Shown here in pieces: positions 16,804-26,872 of a stretch of 64,000 bases of DNA (positions are counted from its first letter, which is position 1; every line of letters begins with the position of its first letter). This DNA is from Kiritimatiellia bacterium (GTDB lineage Bacteria; Verrucomicrobiota; Kiritimatiellia; RFP12; UBA1067): assembly GCA_046482825.1 (NCBI GenBank), contig JAWOEI010000079.1, positions 146 to 64,145 on the forward strand. Direction: 5' to 3'. Under the pieces are notes generated by a model, which was given only the letters and a program-made list of their open reading frames with translations, had not been told where the DNA came from and did not search any database. A program made the translations under genes and the position numbers.

Positions 16804-17973
16804 TCACGGCCAGAAGACATGTTTCCCGCTGCTCATTTTCACATCATCAATGGTTGCTTTTCTGAGATTTTCAAAACGCGGCAGCATTTCTTCGAGAGAA
16901 TCGCCTCCGAGTTTCTCCGTCAGGGCATCGGCTATTACAAAGGCCACGAGCGATTCCGCCACCACCACGGCTCGCGGTACCGGGCAGATATCAGAGCGTT
17001 CATAGGTGGCTATTCGTTTTGCGCCTGTGGAGAGATCAACGGTGTTCTGACCTTTACGTGTTGTGGGAATCGGCTTCATGGCTGCCCGCAGCCATACATT
17101 TTCCCCATTGGAGATGCCGCCTTCGATTCCGCCGCAGCGGTTTGTTTTACGGATGAGCTTCTTTCCGTCGAGATAAATTGGGTCCTGAGCCTTGGTTCCC
17201 GATTTTGCGGCATTGGCGAAGGCGTCGCCGATTTCGATTCCTTTGATCGCATTCATGCCTATTATAGCGGCCGCAAGACGTACATCAAGTCTGCGGGAAG
17301 GTTCCACATGTGATCCTATACCCGCTGGCAGCCCTCTGACGACAACTTCGATAATACCTCCCAGTGTTTCTCCGTCGCGGTGTGCAACCTCGATCGCCCT
17401 TTCAATCTTCTCTGCGGCCCTTTCGTCGGGGCACTGCACCTTGGATCTGCGGGCCCGTTCAATGAGTTCGTCTATATCACAAAGATCTGAATTTGCGTTG
17501 ATGCCGGCGATGGCTGTGACATATCCGTCAACAGAGATGCCGAACACTTTAAGCAAAGCTCGGCATACAGCGCCGATTGCCACCCGGGCTGCAGTTTCGC
17601 GTGCGGAAGCCCTTTCCAGAGATGGACGGACATCGTCATAACCGTATTTGACAGCTGCCGGCAGATCGGCATGTCCTGGACGCGGAGTTACATAAGGTGC
17701 AACGCTTTTACCTTTCCAGTTTGCATGATCACGGTTTTTGATCAACAAAGAGAGAGGGGCCCCTGTGGTTTTTCCCTCCATAAGGCCGGCAAGAATGGAA
17801 GCGCGGTCTTTTTCAATGGCCATGCGGTCGCCTGATCCAGCTCCGCTCTGACGCCGGGCAAGGTCGATTGCGATTATATCCTCATCCAGATTCAAACCTG
17901 CGGGCAATCCCTCAAGGATCGCGTTCAGTGCCGGTCCATGAGATTCGCCGGCGGTAAGGTAACGTAAAGCCAT
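16804..17973 (-). CDS. aroC: chorismate synthase
   Basis: 389 aa. N-terminus LRYLTAGESHGPAL. Also GRPGHADL-like RPGHADL and ERSDICPVPRA motifs. Confidence 0.93.
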   Translation of the reverse strand: MALRYLTAGESHGPALNAILEGLPAGLNLDEDIIAIDLARRQSGAGSGDRMAIEKDRASILAGLMEGKTTGAPLSLLIKNRDHANWKGKSVAPYVTPRPGHADLPAAVKYGYDDVRPSLERASARETAARVAIGAVCRALLKVFGISVDGYVTAIAGINANSDLCDIDELIERARRSKVQCPDERAAEKIERAIEVAHRDGETLGGIIEVVVRGLPAGIGSHVEPSRRLDVRLAAAIIGMNAIKGIEIGDAFANAAKSGTKAQDPIYLDGKKLIRKTNRCGGIEGGISNGENVWLRAAMKPIPTTRKGQNTVDLSTGAKRIATYERSDICPVPRAVVVAESLVAFVIADALTEKLGGDSLEEMLPRFENLRKATIDDVKMSSGKHVFWP

Positions 17974-18158
17974 AGTTTTATCCGTTTGAATAGATTATAC
18001 CAAATCTACATTATACAAAAAGTAGTGAGCTTCATGCAATTAGAAGTCGCTGAGAGAGGATTTTTTGTCTTTGATTTGTTAACTGATTGTAGTTTAATAA
18101 AAGTGGAATAGTTCTGTTTTCAGGAAATAACCGAAAATGTTTCAGGGAGAGGCTGCGA

Positions 18159-19532
18159 ATGAATGATCTGACACGAAGAGGTTTTGTAAAAAAAAGCGCC
18201 TTTGCTGCCGGTGCATCGATGTTGACAGTTACGGGGACGGAAGCCAAGGAAACTACTTCCATGCGTAAGCTTCCGTCGCATCGTAAAGCTGGCGATAAAC
18301 TCCGAATGGGATTTATCGGTTCCGGTGGGCGTGGCGGTGCTAATCTCAGTGAGTTTTTCAAGTTGGGCGAAGATGTTATTGCCCTCTGTGATATTGATCA
18401 GGGCCGACTCGATGGCGCTTATAACAAAATTAAAGAGCGGTGCGCCGATGCCCGAAAGTACCGCGATTTCCGGGAAATGCTTGCAAAAGAGCAGGATCTT
18501 GATGCGGTGGTTGTCTCCACGCCTGACCATATGCACGCGGCAGCCGCGATCGCGGCCATGAAGTGCGGCTGCCATGTTTATGTTGAAAAACCGCTTGTTC
18601 GCACAGTCTGGGAGCTGCGCCAGTTCAAACGGATTGCTGATGAGTATGGCGTAATATCCCAGATGGGAAATAACGGCAACGGGACTTCGACGCAGCGCAG
18701 GCGCATAGAAATTTATCGGTCAGGTATTCTCGGAAGTATTAAAGAGGTGCATGTCACAACCAACCGCCCCATATGGCCGCAGGGACTGACCCGACCGGAG
18801 GGAAGTGACCCGGTTCCCGAATCTTTAAGCTGGGATCTGTGGCTCGGCGTCGCGCCTGAACGCCCTTTCAAGAAGGCTGTCTATCATGGTTTTAAGTGGC
18901 GCGGATGGTATGATTTCGGTACCGGTGCGCTGGGAGATATTGCTTGTCATTCCATGAGCGATTTTTACCGGGGTTTCAAGCTGCGTGAAGTGCTGAGTGT
19001 GGAATGTTTAAAGTCTACCCCGCGCTTTAAAGAGACCTATCCTCTGGCTACAACTGTAAAGATCGTTTACCGTAGCGGTATGCAGGTGGAGCCGATTACT
19101 GTTTACTGGTATGACGGTAATACCGGGCCTGATCATTCGGTTTGTCCGAAAGCGGCTGAGATATTCGGTAATCTTGGCGGCAAAACAATCATTACCGACA
19201 GGGCCATTGTCCGTGGTGATTCTATCAGCTGGAATGATGATGAAAAATTCAGGGGTTTTGCCAAGGATGACGTCTGCAGGAAGGTGAAGGAGAGTATTCC
19301 GCGGGTTCAAGGTCATCACTGGGAGTTTGCAGAGGCGATAAGGGGTGGAGACAAACCTCTCTCTCATCATGATCACTCTGTGCCGCTGACAGAGGGCGTT
19401 CTTCTCGGTTGTATTGCACAGAGAGTTCCCGGTGAGTTGAAGTGGAATGCCGCTGAGATGAAATTTGAAAACAGTCCTGAGGCTGATAAACTGATTAAGC
19501 CTTATGTGAGGGATGGTTGGCAGATTGTTTAA
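18159..19532 (+). CDS. Gfo/Idh/MocA-family NAD(P)-dependent oxidoreductase with twin-arginine (TAT) signal (GH109-like architecture)
   Basis: 457 aa. TAT signal MNDLTRRGFVKKSAFAAGA. Rossmann segment MGFIGSGGRG. Paralogue of 30633..32048. Confidence 0.8.
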   Translation: MNDLTRRGFVKKSAFAAGASMLTVTGTEAKETTSMRKLPSHRKAGDKLRMGFIGSGGRGGANLSEFFKLGEDVIALCDIDQGRLDGAYNKIKERCADARKYRDFREMLAKEQDLDAVVVSTPDHMHAAAAIAAMKCGCHVYVEKPLVRTVWELRQFKRIADEYGVISQMGNNGNGTSTQRRRIEIYRSGILGSIKEVHVTTNRPIWPQGLTRPEGSDPVPESLSWDLWLGVAPERPFKKAVYHGFKWRGWYDFGTGALGDIACHSMSDFYRGFKLREVLSVECLKSTPRFKETYPLATTVKIVYRSGMQVEPITVYWYDGNTGPDHSVCPKAAEIFGNLGGKTIITDRAIVRGDSISWNDDEKFRGFAKDDVCRKVKESIPRVQGHHWEFAEAIRGGDKPLSHHDHSVPLTEGVLLGCIAQRVPGELKWNAAEMKFENSPEADKLIKPYVRDGWQIV

Positions 19533-19557
19533 TTAAGTGAAGATATATGATGTGCGG

Positions 19558-19587
19558 ATGCGCGATGTACCTGCCGCGCATTTTTTG
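19558..19587 (+). terminator. rho-independent terminator
   Basis: 7-bp GC-rich stem ATGCGCG (19558-19564) / CGCGCAT (19575-19581) followed by a T6 run, about 25 nt after the stop codon. Confidence 0.7.
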
Positions 19588-19789
19588 TCTGTCAGTATAA
19601 AAATATATGCAAACATGTGGCTGAGTATCCTGTTTACATTGAATTAATGGAAGTGCTGCAAAAATATTTACACTTTAATACAAATCTAATAATTCGCTAA
19701 TGGTGAGATAACAATACTTAACAATAATGTGACGCGTGAAAGCCAGATAAAATGTCTGGATTGTGTTAACAGATAAAAAAGTGAGAAAT

Positions 19790-20974
19790 ATGACAACAAA
19801 ACGGATAGCAAACGTATTAAATGTTGTGATTTTAGCTGCTGCTGCTGTTGCTGGTGCTGCGGTGGCATCTGAAGAATCATACGGACTGAAGCCGATTTTC
19901 GATGCGGCTGAGTTTTATGGTAATAAAGAGAGTGACGTGTTTCAAAGCATTGCCTTTACAGGACGGCTCCACGGGGATTTATATTCCTTCTCTGACAATG
20001 ATGATAACAAACTGGAAGATGCCGTATGGCGTCGTTTCCGCTTTGGAGCAAAAGCTGAGATCTTTCAGGATTTCACATTGCACACAGAAATGGACCTGGA
20101 CATGAATGAGGCAGACTCAGGACAATGGGATAAATTTTACCTGCGCTTGACAGACTCTTACATCAAATGGGACAAATATGAAGAAGCTACGGTTAAAGTC
20201 GGCAAGCAATCGGCCGGGTTTACGCTCGATGGCGCGACATCATCAAAAAAACTGATTACTCCTGAAAGAAACATCGTTGCAGGGAATTTCTGGTTCGGCA
20301 CGGAATATTTCACGGGAACGTCAGTTTACGGTGATATAGATGAGTGGAACTATAAAGCCGGACTTTTTTCAGCCAGTGGCGAAGCGGAGTACGGTCACTT
20401 CGACAGTGGTTACTTCGGGCTTTTTTCTCTTGGCCGCAAAACAGGAGAAAAGGGGGATTTGCGCCTTGATTATGTTTACAACGATCCCGATTATTCCAGC
20501 AGCCACAGCGATTACAAAGGAGGGAATGCTGTCGGCACTGCCAATCACGACCACGTTCTTGCGTTGGTATATGAGCAGATGCTCTCTGACAGGCTGGGGG
20601 TTCGGTCAGACATTGCCGCATCGCAGGGCATCAAGGATAATTCAAACGGGATTGATCAGAGTGATCTGGTCGGCCTGAGCATTACGCCGTTTTATAACTT
20701 CACAGATGATTTACAGTTGGTAGTGCAGTATGCCGGCGTGACAAGTCTTGAGGGTGACGCTGATGTCCAAATGTCGCGTTATGCCTATCGGAATGCGGAT
20801 AAAACCAAAGCTGAGACCGCTCATAACATTCTGCTCGGGTTTAACTGGTACATCTATGGCAATAAACTCAAATGGCAGAATGCCGTTGAATACAGCTATG
20901 CCGAGAACATGCGTAGTGCCGGTGATGATTATCACGGATACGGGTTTACCTCCGCATTACGTTTAAGTTGGTAG
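19790..20974 (+). CDS. outer-membrane porin, phosphate-selective porin O/P-like (OprO/OprP family)
   Basis: I prefer the ATG at 19790. Signal peptide MTTKRIANVLNVVILAAAAVAGAAVA. Alternating beta-strand pattern rich in Y/G/D/N, ending LRLSW. Sits immediately upstream of pstSCAB. The family call rests partly on context. Confidence 0.6.
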   Translation: MTTKRIANVLNVVILAAAAVAGAAVASEESYGLKPIFDAAEFYGNKESDVFQSIAFTGRLHGDLYSFSDNDDNKLEDAVWRRFRFGAKAEIFQDFTLHTEMDLDMNEADSGQWDKFYLRLTDSYIKWDKYEEATVKVGKQSAGFTLDGATSSKKLITPERNIVAGNFWFGTEYFTGTSVYGDIDEWNYKAGLFSASGEAEYGHFDSGYFGLFSLGRKTGEKGDLRLDYVYNDPDYSSSHSDYKGGNAVGTANHDHVLALVYEQMLSDRLGVRSDIAASQGIKDNSNGIDQSDLVGLSITPFYNFTDDLQLVVQYAGVTSLEGDADVQMSRYAYRNADKTKAETAHNILLGFNWYIYGNKLKWQNAVEYSYAENMRSAGDDYHGYGFTSALRLSW

Positions 20975-21258
20975 AAACAGAAGCATCATGCAAAAAAGTG
21001 CGCACTCAGTGCCATTGTTTTTACGTAAAGTAAAGTAAGTTCCGGTTCTGTTAAAAGTCCAGCCTGATTTCAAGCCGGAAGTCGGATAAACTGACTGAAT
21101 CTCAACTGTTTAACTGTTTTCTAACAATTCTCTAATACCGGACAAACAGGATGTTTATAAACTTAACAGGCGAAAAAGGAAGTGATTGCTGTTAAGTGTC
21201 AGCGGGTAAAGGTTAGCCGCATTTACACTAATCTTCCTCAAATAAGGAGAATCATATT

Positions 21259-22077
21259 ATGAAAAAAAGCATACTGACAATCAGTCTCATTGCCAGCGTT
21301 ATGATGGCTGGCACCGAGGATAAACTCGTAATGGATGGTTCAACAACTGTTGGACCGATAGCAAAAGCTTTCGCAGAGTATTACATGCGTGAAAATCCAG
21401 GGATTAATATCTCAGTAAGTGAATCGGGCAGCGGGAACGGTGCCAAATCTCTTCTGAACGGGAATTGCGATATAGCTGACCTTTCAAGAGATCTGAAGGA
21501 TTCGGAAAGAGAGGCGATGAAAGAAAAAGGTGTTGATCCCTGTGAACATGTGGTTGCTTTTGATGCACTGCCGGTTATTGTTCATCCTTCAAACAGAGTG
21601 AAGGGGCTTACAATTGGTCAGCTTCGCAACATATATACCGGAAAGATCACCAACTGGCAGGAAGTAGGCGGCAGCAACCGTAAGATTGTTATGATAAGCC
21701 GTGATACCAGCAGCGGAACATACGAAACTTTCAGCAAACTTGTTCTCGGGAAAAGTGCAAGAATCACCGCAAAGGCCGAATATGCCGGAAGCAACGGTGC
21801 CGTGCGCCAGCGTGTGCAGATGACCAAAGGTGCGATAGGCTACACCGGACTCGGATTTCTTGACCGGTCTGTCAAAGCGCTTACTGTCAACGGTGTTGAA
21901 CCATGCACCAGGACAGTTCTGGATAAAAGCTACCCCCTTGCCCGGGAATTATACATGTTTACAGACGGTAAACCTGAGAAAGGAAGTCTGACCGAAAAAT
22001 TTCTCTCTTTGATTAAAACTGAGAAGGGCTGTGAAATTGTTGAAGAGATTGGTTTTGTGCCGGTAAACGCAAAATAA
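21259..22077 (+). CDS. pstS: phosphate ABC transporter substrate-binding protein PstS
   Basis: 272 aa with a signal peptide. Motifs GSTTVGPIAKAF and SGSGNG. Strong SD AAGGAG. Confidence 0.88.
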   Translation: MKKSILTISLIASVMMAGTEDKLVMDGSTTVGPIAKAFAEYYMRENPGINISVSESGSGNGAKSLLNGNCDIADLSRDLKDSEREAMKEKGVDPCEHVVAFDALPVIVHPSNRVKGLTIGQLRNIYTGKITNWQEVGGSNRKIVMISRDTSSGTYETFSKLVLGKSARITAKAEYAGSNGAVRQRVQMTKGAIGYTGLGFLDRSVKALTVNGVEPCTRTVLDKSYPLARELYMFTDGKPEKGSLTEKFLSLIKTEKGCEIVEEIGFVPVNAK

Positions 22078-22168
22078 TCATTTCGTCCGTCTCAAACTGT
22101 TTTCGGGATTTTTTAAAAGAATAGCGATTACATTTTGCGGCAGCGGTGAAACCAGCGAGTCTGATAAG

Positions 22169-23314
22169 ATGAAAAATGAAATCCGCAGAGAAATCACCCT
22201 TACTTCAAGGGAGCGTATCATACGGAAGATATTTTCTTTGATAGGGCGGGGGTTCCTTTTTTCAGTAACCTCAGTTGCGGCTTTATCAGTACTCGCGATT
22301 ATTTTCTTTATAGCACGCGACGCTCTCCCTTTCTTTCAGAACGAGGGTTTTAAAGAGTTCTTTACGGAAAAAGCCTGGTATCCCACTCGGGATCCCCAAC
22401 AGTTTGGCGCTTTTGCCATATTCTTCGGCAGCTTTATTGTAACAATCACCGCTGTTGTCATTGCGGTTCCTCCAGGCGTTTTCGCGGCATTCTGCATGAG
22501 TGATATCCTGCCTTTCAATATGCGGCAAATTCTTAAACCGGTAATTGAAATGTTGGCGGCTGTTCCCTCTGTGGCTTACGGTTTTTTTGCGCTGGTTGTT
22601 TTTGCACCGCTTCTACAGAATCATGGGGGAACTGTTCTCGCTTATGCCTGGTGGATAGTGGCTACCCCGCTTTTACTGCTTGCATCGGTCATCACGGCCG
22701 ATCTAATAGCTGTTGATCGTCTGCCCGGACGGATCTGTCTAACAGTCAGATCCGTTATGACTCTTGTTTTTACCGGCTTGAGTTTTAAATTGCTGTTTTA
22801 TATCGGAGAACGGCTGAAAAATATTGAAGTTTCCAGCGGTGTAAACGCTTTGACTGCCTCCGTTTTTCTGGGAGTCATGGCGCTGCCTACAATAGTCAGT
22901 GTGTCGGAAGATGCCTTGCAGGCATCCGGACGCGAGCTGCGGGAGGGAAGTTACGCTCTGGGTGCAACACGCGCCGAAACCCTGATAAAAGTGATTCTTC
23001 CCGCTTCCATCAGCGGTATATTTTCCGCTGTTCTTCTTGGAGTGATGCGTGCTCTAGGTGAGACTATGGTTGTTCTGATGGTATCGGGAAATGCCGCACA
23101 AATACCCGAACCCATGTTTAATCTGCTTGCGCCTGTACGCACTTTGACAGCAACAATAGCCAGTGAAATGGGAGAGGCGGACCAGATGAGCGGTTCATCA
23201 CACTATCATGTCCTTTTTGCAATGGGCCTTTGTCTGCTGATATTCAGTTTCGTCTGCAATCTTGCAGGGGAATGGATCGTGAATCATCAGCGTAAACGTT
23301 TGAGAGGAGGGTGA
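22169..23314 (+). CDS. pstC: phosphate ABC transporter permease PstC
   Basis: 381 aa, multi-TM. EAA-loop LREGSYALGATRAETLIKVILPAS. Confidence 0.88.
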   Translation: MKNEIRREITLTSRERIIRKIFSLIGRGFLFSVTSVAALSVLAIIFFIARDALPFFQNEGFKEFFTEKAWYPTRDPQQFGAFAIFFGSFIVTITAVVIAVPPGVFAAFCMSDILPFNMRQILKPVIEMLAAVPSVAYGFFALVVFAPLLQNHGGTVLAYAWWIVATPLLLLASVITADLIAVDRLPGRICLTVRSVMTLVFTGLSFKLLFYIGERLKNIEVSSGVNALTASVFLGVMALPTIVSVSEDALQASGRELREGSYALGATRAETLIKVILPASISGIFSAVLLGVMRALGETMVVLMVSGNAAQIPEPMFNLLAPVRTLTATIASEMGEADQMSGSSHYHVLFAMGLCLLIFSFVCNLAGEWIVNHQRKRLRGG

Positions 23315-23318
23315 TAGC

Positions 23319-24662
23319 TTGAGATTGTTTACACGGAAACTGCTTGATAAATCTTTTTCAGCCTGTGCGATTATGGCGGTTGTTTTTCTGACCGGATTTC
23401 TGTTTTCCGTACTGACTCCTATTTTTATAAAAGGTATAGGAGCTTATGTATTCAGAGGCACTGTTGAATACCGCCAGATGATTTTTGATCAGTTCGGACG
23501 CGGTGATAAAAAGATTTTGAAACAGGAGGTTTCCGAAGTTGCAAAAGCGCGTGAACCGGTATATTCCGCTATATCAGCATTTGAAAAAGAACTCAAAACG
23601 ATGTCCTCTGAAAGACGCCGTGAACTTAAACCGGTTTTCCGTGAGCTGCGTGAAGAGATTTCCGCTCTTTTCGGTCCGGAACCCGGCAAGGCACAGCCGG
23701 TACTGCCACGCATGCTTTATGGAGAAACCCGCTGGGACAGAGCGCAATACCGCCTTCGTAAAGTGCTTTTCGAAGAGACCTGGGATTACAGCTCGGAGGA
23801 TGACGGCGTGCTTGTGTATATGCCGCGTGAACCTATGTTCAAGGGCACATCCCTTGAACCGGTCTTTGATATTTTTGAAAATAAGCTGCCAATGCTGATG
23901 AAACCGCGGATGACATTTTACGGACGATTTCTGACAGACAAATCTATTGACGCGCATTTTTTTGGCGGAATAGGACCGGAAGTGATGGGTACGGTATATC
24001 TGGCTCTGACCGCCATGATTATTGCGATTCCTCTCGGTGTGATTGCTGCGATTTACTTTCAGGAATATGCCGAGGATGGTTTTGCAATGACATTTTTACG
24101 CTCATGTGTCAATACACTCGCGGGCGTACCCAGCATTGTTTTCGGACTTTTCGGATTGGCGTTTTTCATTAACACAATCAAAGTTTCACCGGGAAAAAGT
24201 GTTCTGGCGGGTTCATTGACACTGGCACTGCTGGTTCTGCCAACGGTTATCCGCTCTTCCGAAGAGGCCATAGCCTCGGTTCCCCGCGCATATAAAGAGG
24301 GAGCTTTAGCTCTGGGTGCCGGGCGGTGGCGCACAGTTCTGACCGTAATCCTTCCTGCTGCACTGCCGGGGATTCTTACAGGAACAGTAATCAGTATGGG
24401 ACGGGCCGCCGGCGAAACAGCACCGATTATTTTCACTGCCGCGGTAAGTGTGGGCAGGCTTTCGGGGCCATTCGAAATGCTTCTTCAGGATACGCCGGCA
24501 CTTTCGTGGAATCTATACAATATATGCACAGAACATGAGGCTGTTGATCAGATAAGACATGTGCAGTATGGCATGGCTTTTACTCTTGTTGCCCTTGTTC
24601 TGTCGCTAAACCTGGCGGCTATACTGATACGTGCCAGAGTAAGCAGAAGACTGAAAGGGTAA
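23319..24662 (+). CDS. pstA: phosphate ABC transporter permease PstA (long form with about 170-aa insertion after TM1)
   Basis: 447 aa. TTG start preceded by GAGGAGG. EAA-loop YKEGALALGAGRWRTVLTVILPAA. Confidence 0.88.
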   Translation: MRLFTRKLLDKSFSACAIMAVVFLTGFLFSVLTPIFIKGIGAYVFRGTVEYRQMIFDQFGRGDKKILKQEVSEVAKAREPVYSAISAFEKELKTMSSERRRELKPVFRELREEISALFGPEPGKAQPVLPRMLYGETRWDRAQYRLRKVLFEETWDYSSEDDGVLVYMPREPMFKGTSLEPVFDIFENKLPMLMKPRMTFYGRFLTDKSIDAHFFGGIGPEVMGTVYLALTAMIIAIPLGVIAAIYFQEYAEDGFAMTFLRSCVNTLAGVPSIVFGLFGLAFFINTIKVSPGKSVLAGSLTLALLVLPTVIRSSEEAIASVPRAYKEGALALGAGRWRTVLTVILPAALPGILTGTVISMGRAAGETAPIIFTAAVSVGRLSGPFEMLLQDTPALSWNLYNICTEHEAVDQIRHVQYGMAFTLVALVLSLNLAAILIRARVSRRLKG

Positions 24663-24689
24663 ATTCGTTGAAAACCGGATGTTGAAATT

Positions 24690-25478
24690 ATGAACATAAG
24701 CAGTAACCAGACCGATTCCTGTGTTAATACTCATGTCAAAGCTGAAAACTTTTCTGTTTTTTACGGTGAACATGAAGCAGTCAGAAAGATCAATCTTTCC
24801 ATACCTGAAAAACAGGTGACAGCTATCATAGGTCCCAGCGGCTGCGGCAAGAGCACCTTTCTCAGGGCAATAAACAGGATGAATGATCTTATACCCGGAT
24901 GTCATTCAACAGGACGCCTGTTTTTTGACGACAGAGATATTTACGGCAGCGATATTGATGTGGCAATGTTGAGAGGACGCATAGGAATGGTTTTTCAGAA
25001 ACCTAATCCGTTTCCCAAATCCATCTACGATAATGTGGCTTACGGTCCGCGACTGCACAGCAGATTAAGCAGGCAGGAACTGGATGCTGTCGTTGAAAAA
25101 AGCCTGATCGGAGCGGCTTTATGGGATGAGGTCAAAGACAGACTGGACAGGAATGCACTGGGACTTTCAGGCGGACAGGCTCAACGTCTCTGTCTGGCCC
25201 GCGCTCTGGCAGTTAAACCCGAAATTCTGCTGATGGATGAACCTACTTCAGCACTGGATCCCAAAGCAACTGCGCGCATAGAGGAGCTTATTGTCAGTTT
25301 GCGTGGCAGTTATTCAATAGCAATTGTAACTCACAATATGCAGCAGGCAACACGTGTTTCTGATGTAACCGCTTTCTTTTATGAGGGTGATTTAGTAGAA
25401 TTCGGCAAGACCGATCAGCTTTTCACTTGCCCTCGGAAAAAACGAACTGAAGACTACATTACCGGACGTTTCGGTTAA
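24690..25478 (+). CDS. pstB: phosphate ABC transporter ATP-binding protein PstB
   Basis: 262 aa. Walker [10 protein letters not shown], signature LSGGQAQRL, Walker [12 protein letters not shown]. Confidence 0.93.
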   Translation: MNISSNQTDSCVNTHVKAENFSVFYGEHEAVRKINLSIPEKQVTAIIGPSGCGKSTFLRAINRMNDLIPGCHSTGRLFFDDRDIYGSDIDVAMLRGRIGMVFQKPNPFPKSIYDNVAYGPRLHSRLSRQELDAVVEKSLIGAALWDEVKDRLDRNALGLSGGQAQRLCLARALAVKPEILLMDEPTSALDPKATARIEELIVSLRGSYSIAIVTHNMQQATRVSDVTAFFYEGDLVEFGKTDQLFTCPRKKRTEDYITGRFG

Positions 25479-25497
25479 ATGCAAGGGGAGCAATTTT

Positions 25498-26163
25498 ATG
25501 AATTTGATTTTCCAGAGAGAAACTGACGCTTTGAAAGACGACGTTTTCAGGCTTTCCGGTGAGGTAGAAATGCGCTTGACTGCAGTTTTGAAAGCAATCC
25601 GGTCGCGCGATGCCAGCGAGTTGGATAAATGGGTGTCGCGTGATGGGGAAATAGACGCAAAAGAGGTCGAGATAGAAGAGGAATGCCTTAAAATTCTCGC
25701 CCTGCATCAGCCTGTAGCACGTGACCTGCGTTTTATCATTGCTGTTCTGAAAATAAATAACGACCTTGAACGTATCGGTGATATTGTTGTCAATATCGCC
25801 GAACGCGGGATTTATCTTACATCCGTTCCTGCAACAGGAATTATAGATCAGGTTCTGCAGATGGGTCATCTTGTGAAGAGCATGCTGCGTGACTGTCTTG
25901 ACTCTCTGATCGAATTCGATATCAATAAAGCAAATTCCGTTATTATGCGTGATGATAATCTGGATCAGATGAATCAGGAAGTTGTTGATGCTGCGGTAGA
26001 TCTTTTGAGTAAAGATACATCGGGAACAACGGTGGAATCGCTGGTTCAGATTTACACCATTGCCAGATATCTTGAACGTATAGGTGATCATATAACTAAT
26101 ATTGCTGAGGATGTGGCATATCTTGTCAACGGAACAATAATCCGGCATCAGCATATCACCTGA
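25498..26163 (+). CDS. phoU: phosphate signalling accessory protein PhoU
   Basis: 221 aa. Two PhoU repeats, each ending in RIGDxxxNIAE (RIGDIVVNIAE, RIGDHITNIAE). SD AGGGGAG. Confidence 0.9.
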   Translation: MNLIFQRETDALKDDVFRLSGEVEMRLTAVLKAIRSRDASELDKWVSRDGEIDAKEVEIEEECLKILALHQPVARDLRFIIAVLKINNDLERIGDIVVNIAERGIYLTSVPATGIIDQVLQMGHLVKSMLRDCLDSLIEFDINKANSVIMRDDNLDQMNQEVVDAAVDLLSKDTSGTTVESLVQIYTIARYLERIGDHITNIAEDVAYLVNGTIIRHQHIT

Positions 26164-26180
26164 ATGGACGAGGCGTGAAT

Positions 26181-26870
26181 ATGACAAAAGAAAAAGTGCT
26201 GATCATAGAGGACGATGCCGATATTCGTGAACTGATGAGGTATAACCTGAATCGCGAAAATTACAGGGTCAGGGAATGCGCTTCCGCAGAGGAAGCTGAT
26301 AGATGTCTGAAAAACTTTTCTCCTGACATTATTCTTCTCGATCTTATGCTTCCCGGATCAGATGGTTTCGCACTGTGCCGCAAGTTGCGCGCAGAGGAAA
26401 AAACCTCTGATATACCGGTGATTATGGTAACAGCGCGCAATGAAGATGCTGATATTGTGGCCGGACTGGAAGTCGGTGCGGATGATTACGTAACCAAACC
26501 TTTCAGTGCTCGTATCCTTCTGGCAAGGGTGAAGGCTGTACTTCGCCGCTGCGCAGTGGAGCCGGTGGACAGTAAAGAACATATAAGCCTGGGGCCGATA
26601 GAAATTGACCGCAGACACCACTGTGTCAGGATTGACGGCACGGGTATAACATTGACGTTAAGCGAATTCAGGATTCTGGATCTTATGATACGCCGTCCCG
26701 GTGTGGTTTTCTCACGCTATCAGATTGTTGATGCCGTACATGGCGAGGATTATCCTGTCACAGACAGATCCGTTGATGTTCAAATCGTCGGTCTCCGGCG
26801 TAAACTCGGTCAGTACAGCTCAATGATAGACACTGTGCGCGGCGTGGGTTACAAAATGAGTGTGGAGTAA
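26181..26870 (+). CDS. phoB: OmpR-family response regulator PhoB
   Basis: REC domain (LIIEDD, phospho-acceptor Asp in LLDLMLPG, KP) plus a winged-helix C-terminus (TVRGVGYK). I prefer the ATG at 26181 over GTG 26175. Confidence 0.88.
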   Translation: MTKEKVLIIEDDADIRELMRYNLNRENYRVRECASAEEADRCLKNFSPDIILLDLMLPGSDGFALCRKLRAEEKTSDIPVIMVTARNEDADIVAGLEVGADDYVTKPFSARILLARVKAVLRRCAVEPVDSKEHISLGPIEIDRRHHCVRIDGTGITLTLSEFRILDLMIRRPGVVFSRYQIVDAVHGEDYPVTDRSVDVQIVGLRRKLGQYSSMIDTVRGVGYKMSVE

Positions 26871-26872
26871 AA

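Noticed and set aside
19826-19862. A GCT/GCG-rich trinucleotide run
   Set aside because: It encodes the Ala-rich hydrophobic core of the porin signal peptide (LAAAAVAGAAVA). The repeats are imperfect and explained by coding.
25459-26187. A 242-aa minus-strand ORF that completely covers phoU and is longer than it
   Set aside because: This is an antisense shadow ORF. The product is low-complexity and rich in I/N/F/C, with no motifs and no SD. The plus-strand frame carries the duplicated PhoU signature and a strong SD, in operon context.
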